DNA of 63,925 bases, filler included, from Ministeria vibrans ATCC 50519 (Eukaryota; Protista; Filasterea): the NCBI GenBank assembly GCA_943704425.1. It is 12 parts of 12 records of this genome, joined end to end, with 100 filler letters (N's around TTAATTAATTAA, not from the genome) between each part and the next. Parts side by side here need not be neighbours in the genome. Positions count along the whole stretch, not along the records: positions 31,928 to 37,425 come from CALSCP010002395.1; positions 37,526 to 46,078 come from CALSCP010001118.1; 10 more parts are not named here. One strand, given 5' to 3'. Below the pieces are notes generated by a model that was not told where the DNA came from, ran no database searches, and saw only the letters and a list, made by a program, of their open reading frames with translations. Below are positions 37,010-46,178 of the stretch, in pieces. The position numbers were made by a program, and so were the translations under genes. Position 1 is the stretch's first letter. Each line of letters starts with the position of its first letter.

Positions 37010-37312
37010 ATGTCGCAACCCAGAGGCGGTTTTATCGTACGGCGCAGCCCACGATCAACACATCCGTCACTTGACTTCCCCTCTCGTCTCTTCTCTCTCT
37101 CCTCTCTCTCTCCTCTCTCTCTCCCCGCCCAGCTTGGTGCCGTCGTCGGCGTGATTGCCGGCCTCTCCCTTGCCCAGACATACGATGTGCCCAACGTTGA
37201 GCGTGTGTTCCGCGGTCTCTATCGCGAGTTCCAACGCGCAGAGTCGGCTGTGAGAAGAAATGACGAATCCGCCAACAGCGAAAGCACCAGCGACCCCAAC
37301 AAGCCCCAGTAG
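37010..37312 (+). CDS. STMP1: Short transmembrane mitochondrial protein 1-like micropeptide (2 exons)
   Basis: MSQPRGGFI|LGAVVGVIAGLSLAQTYDVPNV matches the G.Y/L.AQNYD.PN family motif; 96-nt intron at 37037-37132. Confidence 0.75.
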   Translation: MSQPRGGFIVRRSPRSTHPSLDFPSRLFSLSSLSPLSLPAQLGAVVGVIAGLSLAQTYDVPNVERVFRGLYREFQRAESAVRRNDESANSESTSDPNKPQ

Positions 37313-37351
37313 CACACACACACACACACTCTCTCTCTCTCTCTCTCTCGC

Positions 37352-37425
<74 letters not shown>

Positions 37426-37527
37426 NNNNNNNNNNNNNNNNNNNNNNNNNNNNNNNNNNNNNNNNNNNNTTAATTAATTAANNNNNNNNNNNNNNNNNNN
37501 NNNNNNNNNNNNNNNNNNNNNNNNNCG

Positions 37528-38244
37528 GTGACTATGGGCATTGGAGCTGTTGTGGCTGTGCTTGCCGTGATTCTCATTGTGCTGCTGATCGTGGTGGTGC
37601 GTCGCCGTGGCAAGGAGCAGGTGTACCACCGCAAGGATGTCATCAAGGTGAACCAGGTGACGTCGCGCTCGAGCGTTCGCACAGGAGCAGCCACTGTGGG
37701 CGGGCGCAACGAGCCCTTCACAATGTACATGCTCCAGGAACACGGTCTGGAGGTCGCGGGTGACGATGATGAGGAGGAAGACATCTACGCGAACGCAGGC
37801 AACTGGAACTACTCTGCTGCGGGCGAGTCGTCTACCGACGACATGGGTGACCTTGGTTCTACGGCGAGCAAGGCGCGCGTGACATCGCAGTCATCGCGCG
37901 ATTCTTTCTGGATCAACCCGATTCTTTTGCTGTCGGACGCGACGACGGCCGAGTCGAACGAGCTCTCATCAAGTGCGGTTGAGCCGTCGCTGACTTCGGA
38001 TGCGGCTCTTGCGCAGCGTCGTGAGTCGATCATCAATTCGCTGGCTCAAAGCAGCATGATGGCACCGCCGACCATGGTTCTTGGTGGTGTCACGGAAGAC
38101 GAGGACGATGATTTCTTCGGTGGCGGAGGTAGCGACGACGAGGACTTCATGTATGCGAACACAAACAACACTGCGCCCGGCATGGTGCTTGGCACAGCTG
38201 ACGATGAGGATGACATCTACGGCGCGGCAGACTTTGTGATTTGA
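37528..38244 (+). CDS. C-terminal part of a single-pass receptor-like protein with an acidic Tyr-motif tail (5' lost in the gap)
   Basis: TM IGAVVAVLAVILIVLLIVVV + RRRGK; EEDIYAN, EDFMYAN and EDDIYG motifs. Confidence 0.75.
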   Translation: MTMGIGAVVAVLAVILIVLLIVVVRRRGKEQVYHRKDVIKVNQVTSRSSVRTGAATVGGRNEPFTMYMLQEHGLEVAGDDDEEEDIYANAGNWNYSAAGESSTDDMGDLGSTASKARVTSQSSRDSFWINPILLLSDATTAESNELSSSAVEPSLTSDAALAQRRESIINSLAQSSMMAPPTMVLGGVTEDEDDDFFGGGGSDDEDFMYANTNNTAPGMVLGTADDEDDIYGAADFVI

Positions 38245-39296
38245 GAGGCGCATGAATCCAAGAGAGAGAGTGAGAGAGGAAGAGTGAAAAGGGAGAGAGA
38301 AGAGAAAAACAAACAAAAAGAGAGAGAAGAAGTAGGAAAAAAAAGAACTGAAAAGAGAGAATTGAGTGATGAGAAAAAATGGACGAGAAGAGGAACAATG
38401 ACTTTGTTTCAAATGAAGATGAATTTATAATTGATGAAAAAACCTAGAATTAAAGTGAGTTAAACTGATTGTAACGGAAGAGTTGACATGGGCTGATCGG
38501 CAGCGGCGGCGCACTCGCTTTCGTGTTGCCGATGTGACGCTACAGGATCAATCGCACAGAGAAACATTTGCACACAACCCCCGGACGTCACAAAATAGTC
38601 TCTTCTGGTCGTATGGCGAGATACACCAGTGCGTCAAAACTGCACAGAACCTTAAATCAGAGTAGATCCTCTTCGATCGCTTGTCCCACACACGCAAGAC
38701 TCCATGGTCCATGGTCCACTATATTTTCCATCGAGAGCTTGCCGTGACCTATACCCACCGTCCATAGCAAAAATCGTCTTGTCGTTCGACACTCCTGGCC
38801 TTTAGCAACAGTACACCTTTTTAATGTCCGTAGAACTAGTTCCAATTTGGAAGGGAAAAACCCACTTATCATCCATCACCTTCACGTGTGCGGCGCTGCT
38901 GTACTAGCTGTAGCAGAGCACCTCTGGGAGCTGATCAGCCGTACCGACGTGACGCTGGTCTGCCCAGATCTGCGCTTGAGAGAGAGGAAGACGTCGTGTA
39001 CGCGGTGCAGACGTTGTCCTGAGGGTTTAAGCGCCCGCGTTCGCCGAATAACGACGCGCGTTTGTCAATTCAAAGCTCAATGCTAACACAGCAACGGTGA
39101 AAGACCATAGTAGTATGTCGGACAAACAAGCGCCAGACGGTCGCCACGGAGTGACCCGCACAGGCTGGGGAGCGACAGGGCATGGCCATGAGCATTGTTG
39201 GCGACCCAACGGATGCGGGCGGGGTCGACGTTCAGACGTTGTCACTGGAGCAGCTCTTTACGATTGGTGGACGTCGCCGATTACTCTCAAGACAGG

Positions 39297-39315
39297 GGGT
39301 TAGGGTTAGGGTTAG
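39297..39315 (+). repeat. Interstitial telomeric repeat, (TTAGGG) x~3
   Basis: gggttagggttagggttag. Confidence 0.75.
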
Positions 39316-40134
39316 TGTTCGTGCTGGAGCGTTTCAGTGAGAGTGAGCGTGTTTGTCTGAAGAAGATAGCGTCAAATGTTGTGAAAGACATGGTGACGTG
39401 GTATGAGTTCGGTGGGCAGCAAAACGATGCCCGTAGCATCGCTGTTTTGGGCGAAGCTACTATGTCAATGATGCTATGCGACGGGCGGATGAATTGTGGA
39501 AGCTGAAAGTGCGTGTGACAGTGATTGAGCAGTGGAAGAGAGGGAAAGCAAAGAGGGAACGAGTGCGCGTGAAATGTTGGTTGAGTGTGTGGCGCAAACG
39601 CACTCTACAGACCAAACAAGTGTGTGTGCTCACACGAGAAAATTCTCTGCTCAAACAGTGTTTTTCCCTCTGGAAAGTTCGAATGGAGAGTGAACGAGAA
39701 CGAACGAGAAACGCACAATTCCGTCAGCGTCGTTGTGGACTCCCGCGTCTCTGCGACTGATCTGCGCGCCTACCTCAAGCTCGCACATATCTCCCCACAG
39801 CGCTCAGTGCGTGACTGGACGTATAGCGACAACCTGTGCAGCATCACGTACTCGATCTACACCTCAAACCCTTTCAAAGCACCCCAACTCTTTGTGTTGG
39901 TCGCCCGCTGCACACACGGCTCTGTTTCACGCGCCATCAAGTGCGTCACAGACGAGTACAGCCCCAATTTCCTGCTCGTCTTCGTTCCCTTTGCCGTTCT
40001 TGATGCCACCGACAACAGCGTTCGCTTCTCAAAGTCCTTTGTGCCGTCGCCTGGTTCCGAGTACACCATGCCACCAACCCTCTCCAAGCGCTGTCAACAG
40101 GCTCTCCAGAAAGCTGGAGAGGAGCCCGCAAGCC

Positions 40135-40195
40135 TCTTAGCAGGCCATCAATGTAGAAGGTGAACAGCAGTGGGCTCATGCAGCATCCTTGTGAG
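40135..40195 (-). pseudogene. Short non-LTR reverse-transcriptase fragment
   Basis: QGCCMSPLLFTFYIDGLLR matches the RT QGxxLSPLLFxxYID motif; no flanking RT sequence. Confidence 0.7.
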
Positions 40196-40858
40196 TAAAG
40201 AATTGACGGGAAGACGGGTGAAAAAGTTTTTCGCACCGTCTCGGTATTTTTTTAGTGTTAGCATGTCACGATTCTCAATGGCAGTGGATAATCTTGTCAG
40301 GGGTTGTTCAGGGTCTTCCATTTCTGGGTTAGCTCTGGCTCTTCGCATATTGTCAAACATATCGGATTCGAAGTCTCTGTTCAATTCCCCGCCATGTTCT
40401 TTCTTGAAAGTCTCCACGTTTCTCGCTCGGTCTGGATTGGCTCGTTTAAACAACTGTTCGTCTGTTTGTGTGGGGTCGTCTTTTAAAAGGGAACGGTAGC
40501 CATTTCTATCTATTCGGTCACCAGTTTCCTGTCCGAAAGCCCTCATCATTTGCGTTTCATCTTTCGTGTTGAAGCCCATCTCTCTCATTGAGTTTCTGGC
40601 GTTTCTGAATCCTTTCTGGAGGTCAGCCATGTCTTCTTTAACACCATCTCCTTTGAGATATTTGTAGGCTCTTTTAGTTGATTTGATGCCTCTTGAACCA
40701 CTGGCTAGTGCCGTCTGAAGCCCACCTAAAGTTAAACCAAGACCCAGACCAAACTCCTGACTCTCATCGTTACCCTCTTGTTGTTTAGCGTTTCCCTCAA
40801 AGGCTTGAACGACATTCTGATAACTGGCTAATCTGTTCAAATAGTTTTGATAACTCAT
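40148..40858 (-). CDS. Orphan intronless ORF (236 aa); 3' end probably truncated by the RT fragment
   Basis: MSYQNYLNRLASYQN..., preceded by TATAAATG; Gly-rich hydrophobic stretch GLGLGLTLGGL. Confidence 0.6.
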   Translation of the reverse strand: MSYQNYLNRLASYQNVVQAFEGNAKQQEGNDESQEFGLGLGLTLGGLQTALASGSRGIKSTKRAYKYLKGDGVKEDMADLQKGFRNARNSMREMGFNTKDETQMMRAFGQETGDRIDRNGYRSLLKDDPTQTDEQLFKRANPDRARNVETFKKEHGGELNRDFESDMFDNMRRARANPEMEDPEQPLTRLSTAIENRDMLTLKKYRDGAKNFFTRLPVNSLLTRMLHEPTAVHLLH

Positions 40859-41499
40859 TTATAAAGTAGAGCAAGATTTAAAAAAAAAGTTGTCAATTGG
40901 AAATTGATGTTCCTTCGCAAGTAAAAGGTTTCTTCATTCTCAATCTAGAAGGTTGCCGGTTGGCACATTGTTGGTGGTTTGCGTGTTCTCATTGAGGACG
41001 TCCCTAAAGACTACCAGTTGCGTCACTCCCATGATTACACCGTACTTGCGATGTTTGGTTAAAACTGCTGAGAACATGGGAAAGCATTCCTGTCAACGAC
41101 GGGACTGAGCAGTGGAATGTGACACACGCATTCTACGACGCCGTCAGTACAGAAAACATTGTCATTGCTCAGTAAATGCTCACTGTGAACTCAACCATCT
41201 GCTACTGGAGTCAATCAACAACCTCAAAACGTCTCTGCTCATCGTAAGTACTTCTCTCAAAATCTGCCTAGAAACAATGTAGTAGTATCTAATAACAATA
41301 ATAATATTATTATTATAAATTTTATTATTAATGTCATGGTACTTAATAGTAATAGTCATTAGGATTCTTTTTTCGAATAATTTTTATTATTGGGAGATAT
41401 ATTGATTTCTTCTTTATTTCTTATTTGAGACTTGAGTAAACTTTTTCCACTTCATTTATTCCTATTATTGAGAGAAAAATCAATTATTACGTCTCTTTC

Positions 41500-42128
41500 T
41501 CACATGTAACAGTAAAACACTGCTCTCGCATTTGATACTTGTCCATTTCCGTCTGGTGTGTGAAAAGTAATAGCGGGTCCAAGAATCGTCCCAAACGTCT
41601 CACTTGGGTAAACAACCCATGGCTGGTATTCAAAGCCATGCGCACGTAAGCCCCCAAGCATTCCGTCGCAATCGCCTGAAGGCATTGTTCCGCCACACTC
41701 CACAGCAGAAAATTGATAAGTAACAATGCCCCCATTGACATGAACAGTTCCAGACCCATCATTCTCACAAACAAAACGTGAAAAAAGAAGAGAAGTACTA
41801 GATGTGGTCATATTCGCAATACGCTCCTCCAAAGAGTCTAGACGAGACAGAATGTCCGTCGTATTATTCGAAGCCCCAGAAACGGCAGTTTTTAAAGCCT
41901 TCAGTTCTCCCAAAACGTCGCCGAAGCCAGTAGCCATGACAGTTCCATTCACAGCAGGTGTGAGAACGATATCGCCGTTCAGGTTCATGCTGGGATTCGG
42001 GGAGTGAGGAAACACGCTCTCGAATCTTTTTCAAAAGCTTACATTTCAGCGTTTTCGGCACAGGCAGAGCCACACAGAAGAACCATAAGGGGAAAAGCAA
42101 GAATAATAGACCAAGAAGACCACTTCAT
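41500..42128 (-). CDS. Small secreted protein: signal peptide, cubilin-N-like segment, coiled coil, Cys-containing beta-rich C-domain (2 exons)
   Basis: MKWSSWSIILAFPLMVLLCGSACA; intron 41990-42042; IMNLNGDIVLTP..NGTV....DVLGELKALK...ILSRLDSLEERI. Confidence 0.65.
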
Positions 42129-42211
42129 TATGAGGAAGATGGAGAAAATGATTATTTGAATTGAAACGATAAAAATAAGCGTACGAACATTCCAACTCCC
42201 GAACCAGTTAT

Positions 42212-43240
42212 TTTTATTCAAGTCCCTTTCAACCCCCGCTTGTGACGGGTACGGGGTTATAACGAACTGGGTTTACCCTCTGACGTCGAATCTAAAGTGA
42301 AAGCCTGTGTGAGGAGCAAATATGGTACGAATTGAAAAGGTTTGCATAGAATGATACCGAATTAAAAAGGAAAAAACATGATAGATGAAGCAAAAAGCAA
42401 CTTCTATTTTATGATACTCACGGACAGAAGAAAGTGGTACAAGAACTCCACAGTTTTCGATTAATTTGTGACGCTTGTCTACTTCATTGCAACAGAGCAA
42501 GATACTCATTCGTACGGACAATAAACGCAAGACTTTTCATCAAACAGGCTTTCACTTTGGATTCGACGTCAGAGGGTAAACCCAGTTCGTTACCGCCTTC
42601 TGTACGACGAGCGATGACCAAAATCTACGAGTTCGGTTAAATCGTTTCTTCTGTCTGAAAACTTCGCTTGACATCGTTGATGTACCTCGTTCAGATGCTT
42701 CAGTATGTTTGACATGATTTCTACACGGGCAGAGTGACAACCAAAAACTTCATCCTTATCGTTGCGGCTGATATAGTCATTCTTCGTCACAGAACCATTC
42801 GTTGAGGTATTCCATAGCGAAAACGAGAAACTCGTCCACTTTCGCATTCCATCCGGTCATAATCGAGGCTTGTGTTTCATTATCTGCATGTTGTTTGGCA
42901 ATTGGCTATACCCACAACCTACGAGAGGACGAGTGTGAATAATGGGGGAGGGCGAAGGTCGCAACCTCTGAATAAAGGAGAATTCGTTGAAGTTTATTGG
43001 ACGACGCCTTCAAACTGTCGCCAACGTTGGTCAGCATGTTGAGAACTAGGATGTGCGACGAGAGAGACTCAGAAAAAGAATGCCAAATGCTCCAATTAAA
43101 ATAGCCGAAAAATAATAAGCGAACTTTTATTCAATCCCTTTCAACCCCCGCTTGTGACGGGTGTAGACCATAACATCTCTTGTAGTTGTAATAGACGAGA
43201 GACGGAGCATATATGGTACGAATTGAAAAAGTTTGCATAG
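42212..43240. repeat. Two-block direct repeat (42212-42349 and 43125-43240) plus a 48-bp inverted repeat (42261-42308 / 42544-42591)
   Basis: Block A ttttattcaa(g)tccctttcaacccccgcttgtgacgggt; block B ggagca.atatggtacgaattgaaaa.gtttgcatag; IR with one mismatch. Confidence 0.9.
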
Positions 43241-43276
43241 GGAAATGCAGAGTCTCAAAATGCCGTGCATTTCTAA

Positions 43277-44190
43277 ATGCAAAAAAAAAAGGCAGAAGAA
43301 GAACGAAACGACCCCCGAGTAATCGAGTTGAAAGAACGACTCTTTCCCTTTCTCGAGTCCCTCAAGTCTCTCTCTAAGACAGAGTGGGCGGAAATCTTCT
43401 ACGACTTGGACGAGGAGCATCTGTGCTTTTTCGAGGATGAGTTGACACCAAAAGTCAACGCCAAACTCCGATTGCGTGTCAGGGAGTCAAAGAAGGACAA
43501 GAAGAAAAAGCAAGAAGCCAAATACCAAGACATTTACACACGCATGAAGGTACATGAAAAAGAACAGGGCAATAGTTCATTTTTTCCGCAGGATTCCGTG
43601 AGCGACAATGGATTGTGTTCGACGCACTGTCCAACAGGAAATCCAGATGAAACTCAACCTCAGTTTCGATTTCCAAGCCATTACACCGTACATGCCCGAG
43701 GTGGGTCTCAATCATCTGCTACTGGAGTCAATCAACAATCTGAAAGCGTCTCTGCTCGTCAACTATTTCGCCGTTTATCAAATCGGTCGGCAAATGCTCA
43801 ACGCTCTGGCATGGTGGTCTCGCAATGCTTCACGCATTTTCAAGAAGAAGTGGGTCTGGCTCAAGAACAAGATGCACAAGGTACATTAAGCGTCCCTTCT
43901 CTTCTCATTTGTCTGTGTAGTTGGGATTCAAATCAAATCACGGTGAGTTGAGTGAGCGACTGGTGAAATATTACGTTGACTATGCCGTCATGATGGACAC
44001 TTACCCACGACTGCGACTTGTGACTGGCGTGACATTCAGCGACATTTACCACAACATGGGCAACATTGAGGAACTGATTATTCAGGTAAGGAACAGGAAG
44101 AATGATTCAACTGACTCTCTCTTAGGAAAAGCCCTATTGGAAGAAGTCCTTCACTTCTGGGTTTACACTGAGTATCAACAGTTTCGATGA
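43277..44190 (+). CDS. Orphan helical protein, probably spliced (introns ~43550-43590 and ~43881-43920; frame at the first junction unresolved)
   Basis: Overlapping ORFs 43277.., 43608-43889 and 43921-44190 with GT..AG boundaries; YYVDYAVMMDTYPRLRLVTGVTFSDIY. Confidence 0.5.
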
Positions 44191-44203
44191 GGAGGGACAG
44201 AAA

Positions 44204-44878
44204 GTGGAACACAAACTCTTTCCTGTCATTCAGTTGGAGGCAAAGATGGACGATTTCCGCCAGTTCAAAGTGCTGTACGACGAACACAAGAAGATTGTGG
44301 GCGACAGGACGAAGGATGAGGAGACGGAGGACAAGGAGGTGGCGTTCGAGACGCAACTGGAAGAGTACATGACACTGTTCAAGTTGCTCAACCAGACAAG
44401 CACGGTGTTTGATGAGCAGACGGTTGACGGAAAGAAGAGGGCGAGGGAGGAGGAAGTGATGGAGGAAGGGAGGTGGGAGACGACCGCAACACAATTGCCC
44501 ATTGCCGTGGTGGAGAAACTCATGTCAATCACTGATGAGGAGAGACGTGCGGTAAAGAGAGCCAAAGGAGCCGAATCAGACGGACGCATCCCGAGTAAGA
44601 TTAGAAAGAGAGTTATCAAAAAAACAACTGTCTTTCTAGTGGACATGGACAAACTGACACCCAAGCAAGTCGAGGAGCAGTTTGCGGGACTACTCTGTAC
44701 TCTGGCTCGGTGTGTGAATCAAATCAAGACACACGAGTTGGACTTTACGGAGACGGACACACAGATGAAATGGGAACAGATTAATGAGGCACACTTGAAC
44801 GGCTACGAAGGAGTGAGTCTGGACGACATGAAAGAGATGGATGATTTTGCCCAAGCCGTTTTGCGAAATATTGAATAA
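44204..44878 (+). CDS. Orphan acidic/basic helical protein with NLS-like KKRAR and KRAK stretches
   Basis: Uninterrupted 224-codon ORF followed by AATAAA. Confidence 0.6.
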   Translation: MEHKLFPVIQLEAKMDDFRQFKVLYDEHKKIVGDRTKDEETEDKEVAFETQLEEYMTLFKLLNQTSTVFDEQTVDGKKRAREEEVMEEGRWETTATQLPIAVVEKLMSITDEERRAVKRAKGAESDGRIPSKIRKRVIKKTTVFLVDMDKLTPKQVEEQFAGLLCTLARCVNQIKTHELDFTETDTQMKWEQINEAHLNGYEGVSLDDMKEMDDFAQAVLRNIE

Positions 44879-44906
44879 AAACATTAAGAGTGTTTTATAG
44901 TTTCTT

Positions 44907-44949
44907 GTGACTGTATCATTAATAAATGGGTTGTATTCTTCTTCTTCTA
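44907..44949 (+). mobile_element. 43-bp terminal fragment of repeat family A inside the island
   Basis: gtgactgtatcattaataaatgggttgtattcttcttcttcta; the first 42 nt are identical to the tail at 2720-2761. Confidence 0.85.
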
Positions 44950-45240
44950 GTTTCTTTTGCTCCTCAAGTTTAGTGGTGAGATACTCAATATCTTTTCGTT
45001 GTTCTCGGAAGAGTCGGTAGACGGGATGATGGTTCACACGGTGGCCACGAATATCGCCGGTGAATCGATGGTAATAATCGAGCCCCAAACACTCTGTTTT
45101 GTTGGAAGTGTCAAAAGCGTCTTCGTCCTCCGAGTTCGTTTCCTTGTGCAACTTCGCTGACTCTTCCAGTAGGGTCTTCACAAGTGGCCGAATTTCATCG
45201 TCGTTGATAAACGTAAGCCCGTGAGCAAACAGCGTTTCAC

Positions 45241-45519
45241 CTAAACACGGCGTGAGTTGTCGTCGGTTCGTTCCGTTGTTCGTCGTACCATATAGTCTGT
45301 GTGTTCTACTGCGTAGTCGTATTCTTGACAGTGTCGATGAAGAAAGACACGGAGTTCTTCTTTGAGGTCACAGGAATGTTCCGGTATGACGTCTATGAAT
45401 TCTTTTTCTGCAATGACCTCCTTCATATAAGCCTGTCCTTCCTGTACAACTTTTATGAGAGTGAGGAGGGCAATCTTCATTCCCTCGACGGATTCAAACG
45501 CCCGATAAAACCCCTCCAT
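45241..45519 (-). CDS. Orphan small protein (92 aa); may continue into the 44950-45181 ORF
   Basis: ATAATG start context; ORF with coding-like composition. Confidence 0.45.
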   Translation of the reverse strand: MEGFYRAFESVEGMKIALLTLIKVVQEGQAYMKEVIAEKEFIDVIPEHSCDLKEELRVFLHRHCQEYDYAVEHTDYMVRRTTERTDDNSRRV

Positions 45520-45583
45520 TATGGAAAAAATGTGGAATTATTGAATATTCCAGATTTAAGAACAAAGAACAGACGTGTATATT

Positions 45584-45847
45584 TTAGCGTTTGACTGGTT
45601 TTCGAACACGATTAGAACGACGTGTTTTGTCTTCGTCCTCTACTGTTTCCGCACTCTTGAATTTTCTCTTAGGTCTGTTAGGACGTCTGTTAGTTGGAGG
45701 TCTATGTTTTGCTTGTTTGGCGTCGAGACTTCGCTCTTTTACGATTCTCTCTAAAAGTGCACGACTCATTTTGTGATAGCCTTTCACATTGTGATTGCTA
45801 ATAGCCTTACGCATGTCTCGGAGTGTTGAGTGTTTGGTAAATTCCAT
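45584..45847 (-). CDS. Small basic protein with a Rho-termination-N/HeH-like nucleic-acid-binding motif
   Basis: TLRDMRKAISNHNVKGYHKMSRALLERIV resembles the L+...+KGYSK+.K.EL motif; K/R-rich tail. Confidence 0.6.
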   Translation of the reverse strand: MEFTKHSTLRDMRKAISNHNVKGYHKMSRALLERIVKERSLDAKQAKHRPPTNRRPNRPKRKFKSAETVEDEDKTRRSNRVRKPVKR

Positions 45848-45855
45848 TGTTTATC

Positions 45856-45887
45856 GGGTTAGGGTTCGGGTTAGGGTTAGGGTTAGG
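45856..45887 (+). repeat. Interstitial telomeric repeat, (TTAGGG) x~5 with one TTCGGG variant
   Basis: gggttagggttcgggttagggttagggttagg. Confidence 0.85.
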
Positions 45888-46178
45888 CAGAATGAGGACG
45901 CTGCTCGAGGTCAGACGGGTTGGGAGAGTGCTTTGCATGAGGCTGTTCCGTTGAGTGACGAGCAGCCCCGTTCACTGCGCCATCGCCTGTTGCTGGACCC
46001 GCAGTCTGCGTTTGTAGACGATATTGCAGTGGCAGTTGCAACGGTTGAGCAGGCGCATCGAGCGGCGGAGATTGTGGGNNNNNNNNNNNNNNNNNNNNNN
46101 NNNNNNNNNNNNNNNNNNNNNNTTAATTAATTAANNNNNNNNNNNNNNNNNNNNNNNNNNNNNNNNNNNNNNNNNNNN

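Larger units (their letters stand above)
40148..45887. mobile_element. Compositionally distinct island of orphan ORFs; candidate degraded endogenous DNA virus or large mobile element
   Basis: AT-richer coding than host genes, dense small ORFs, TATAAATG/ATAATG start contexts, a Rho_N-like small basic ORF, internal repeats, TTAGGG tract at the right boundary. Confidence 0.55.

Noticed and set aside
38730-38800. KTIFAMDGGYRS as a DDE transposase motif
   Set aside because: A single short motif between stop codons; insufficient to call a transposase.
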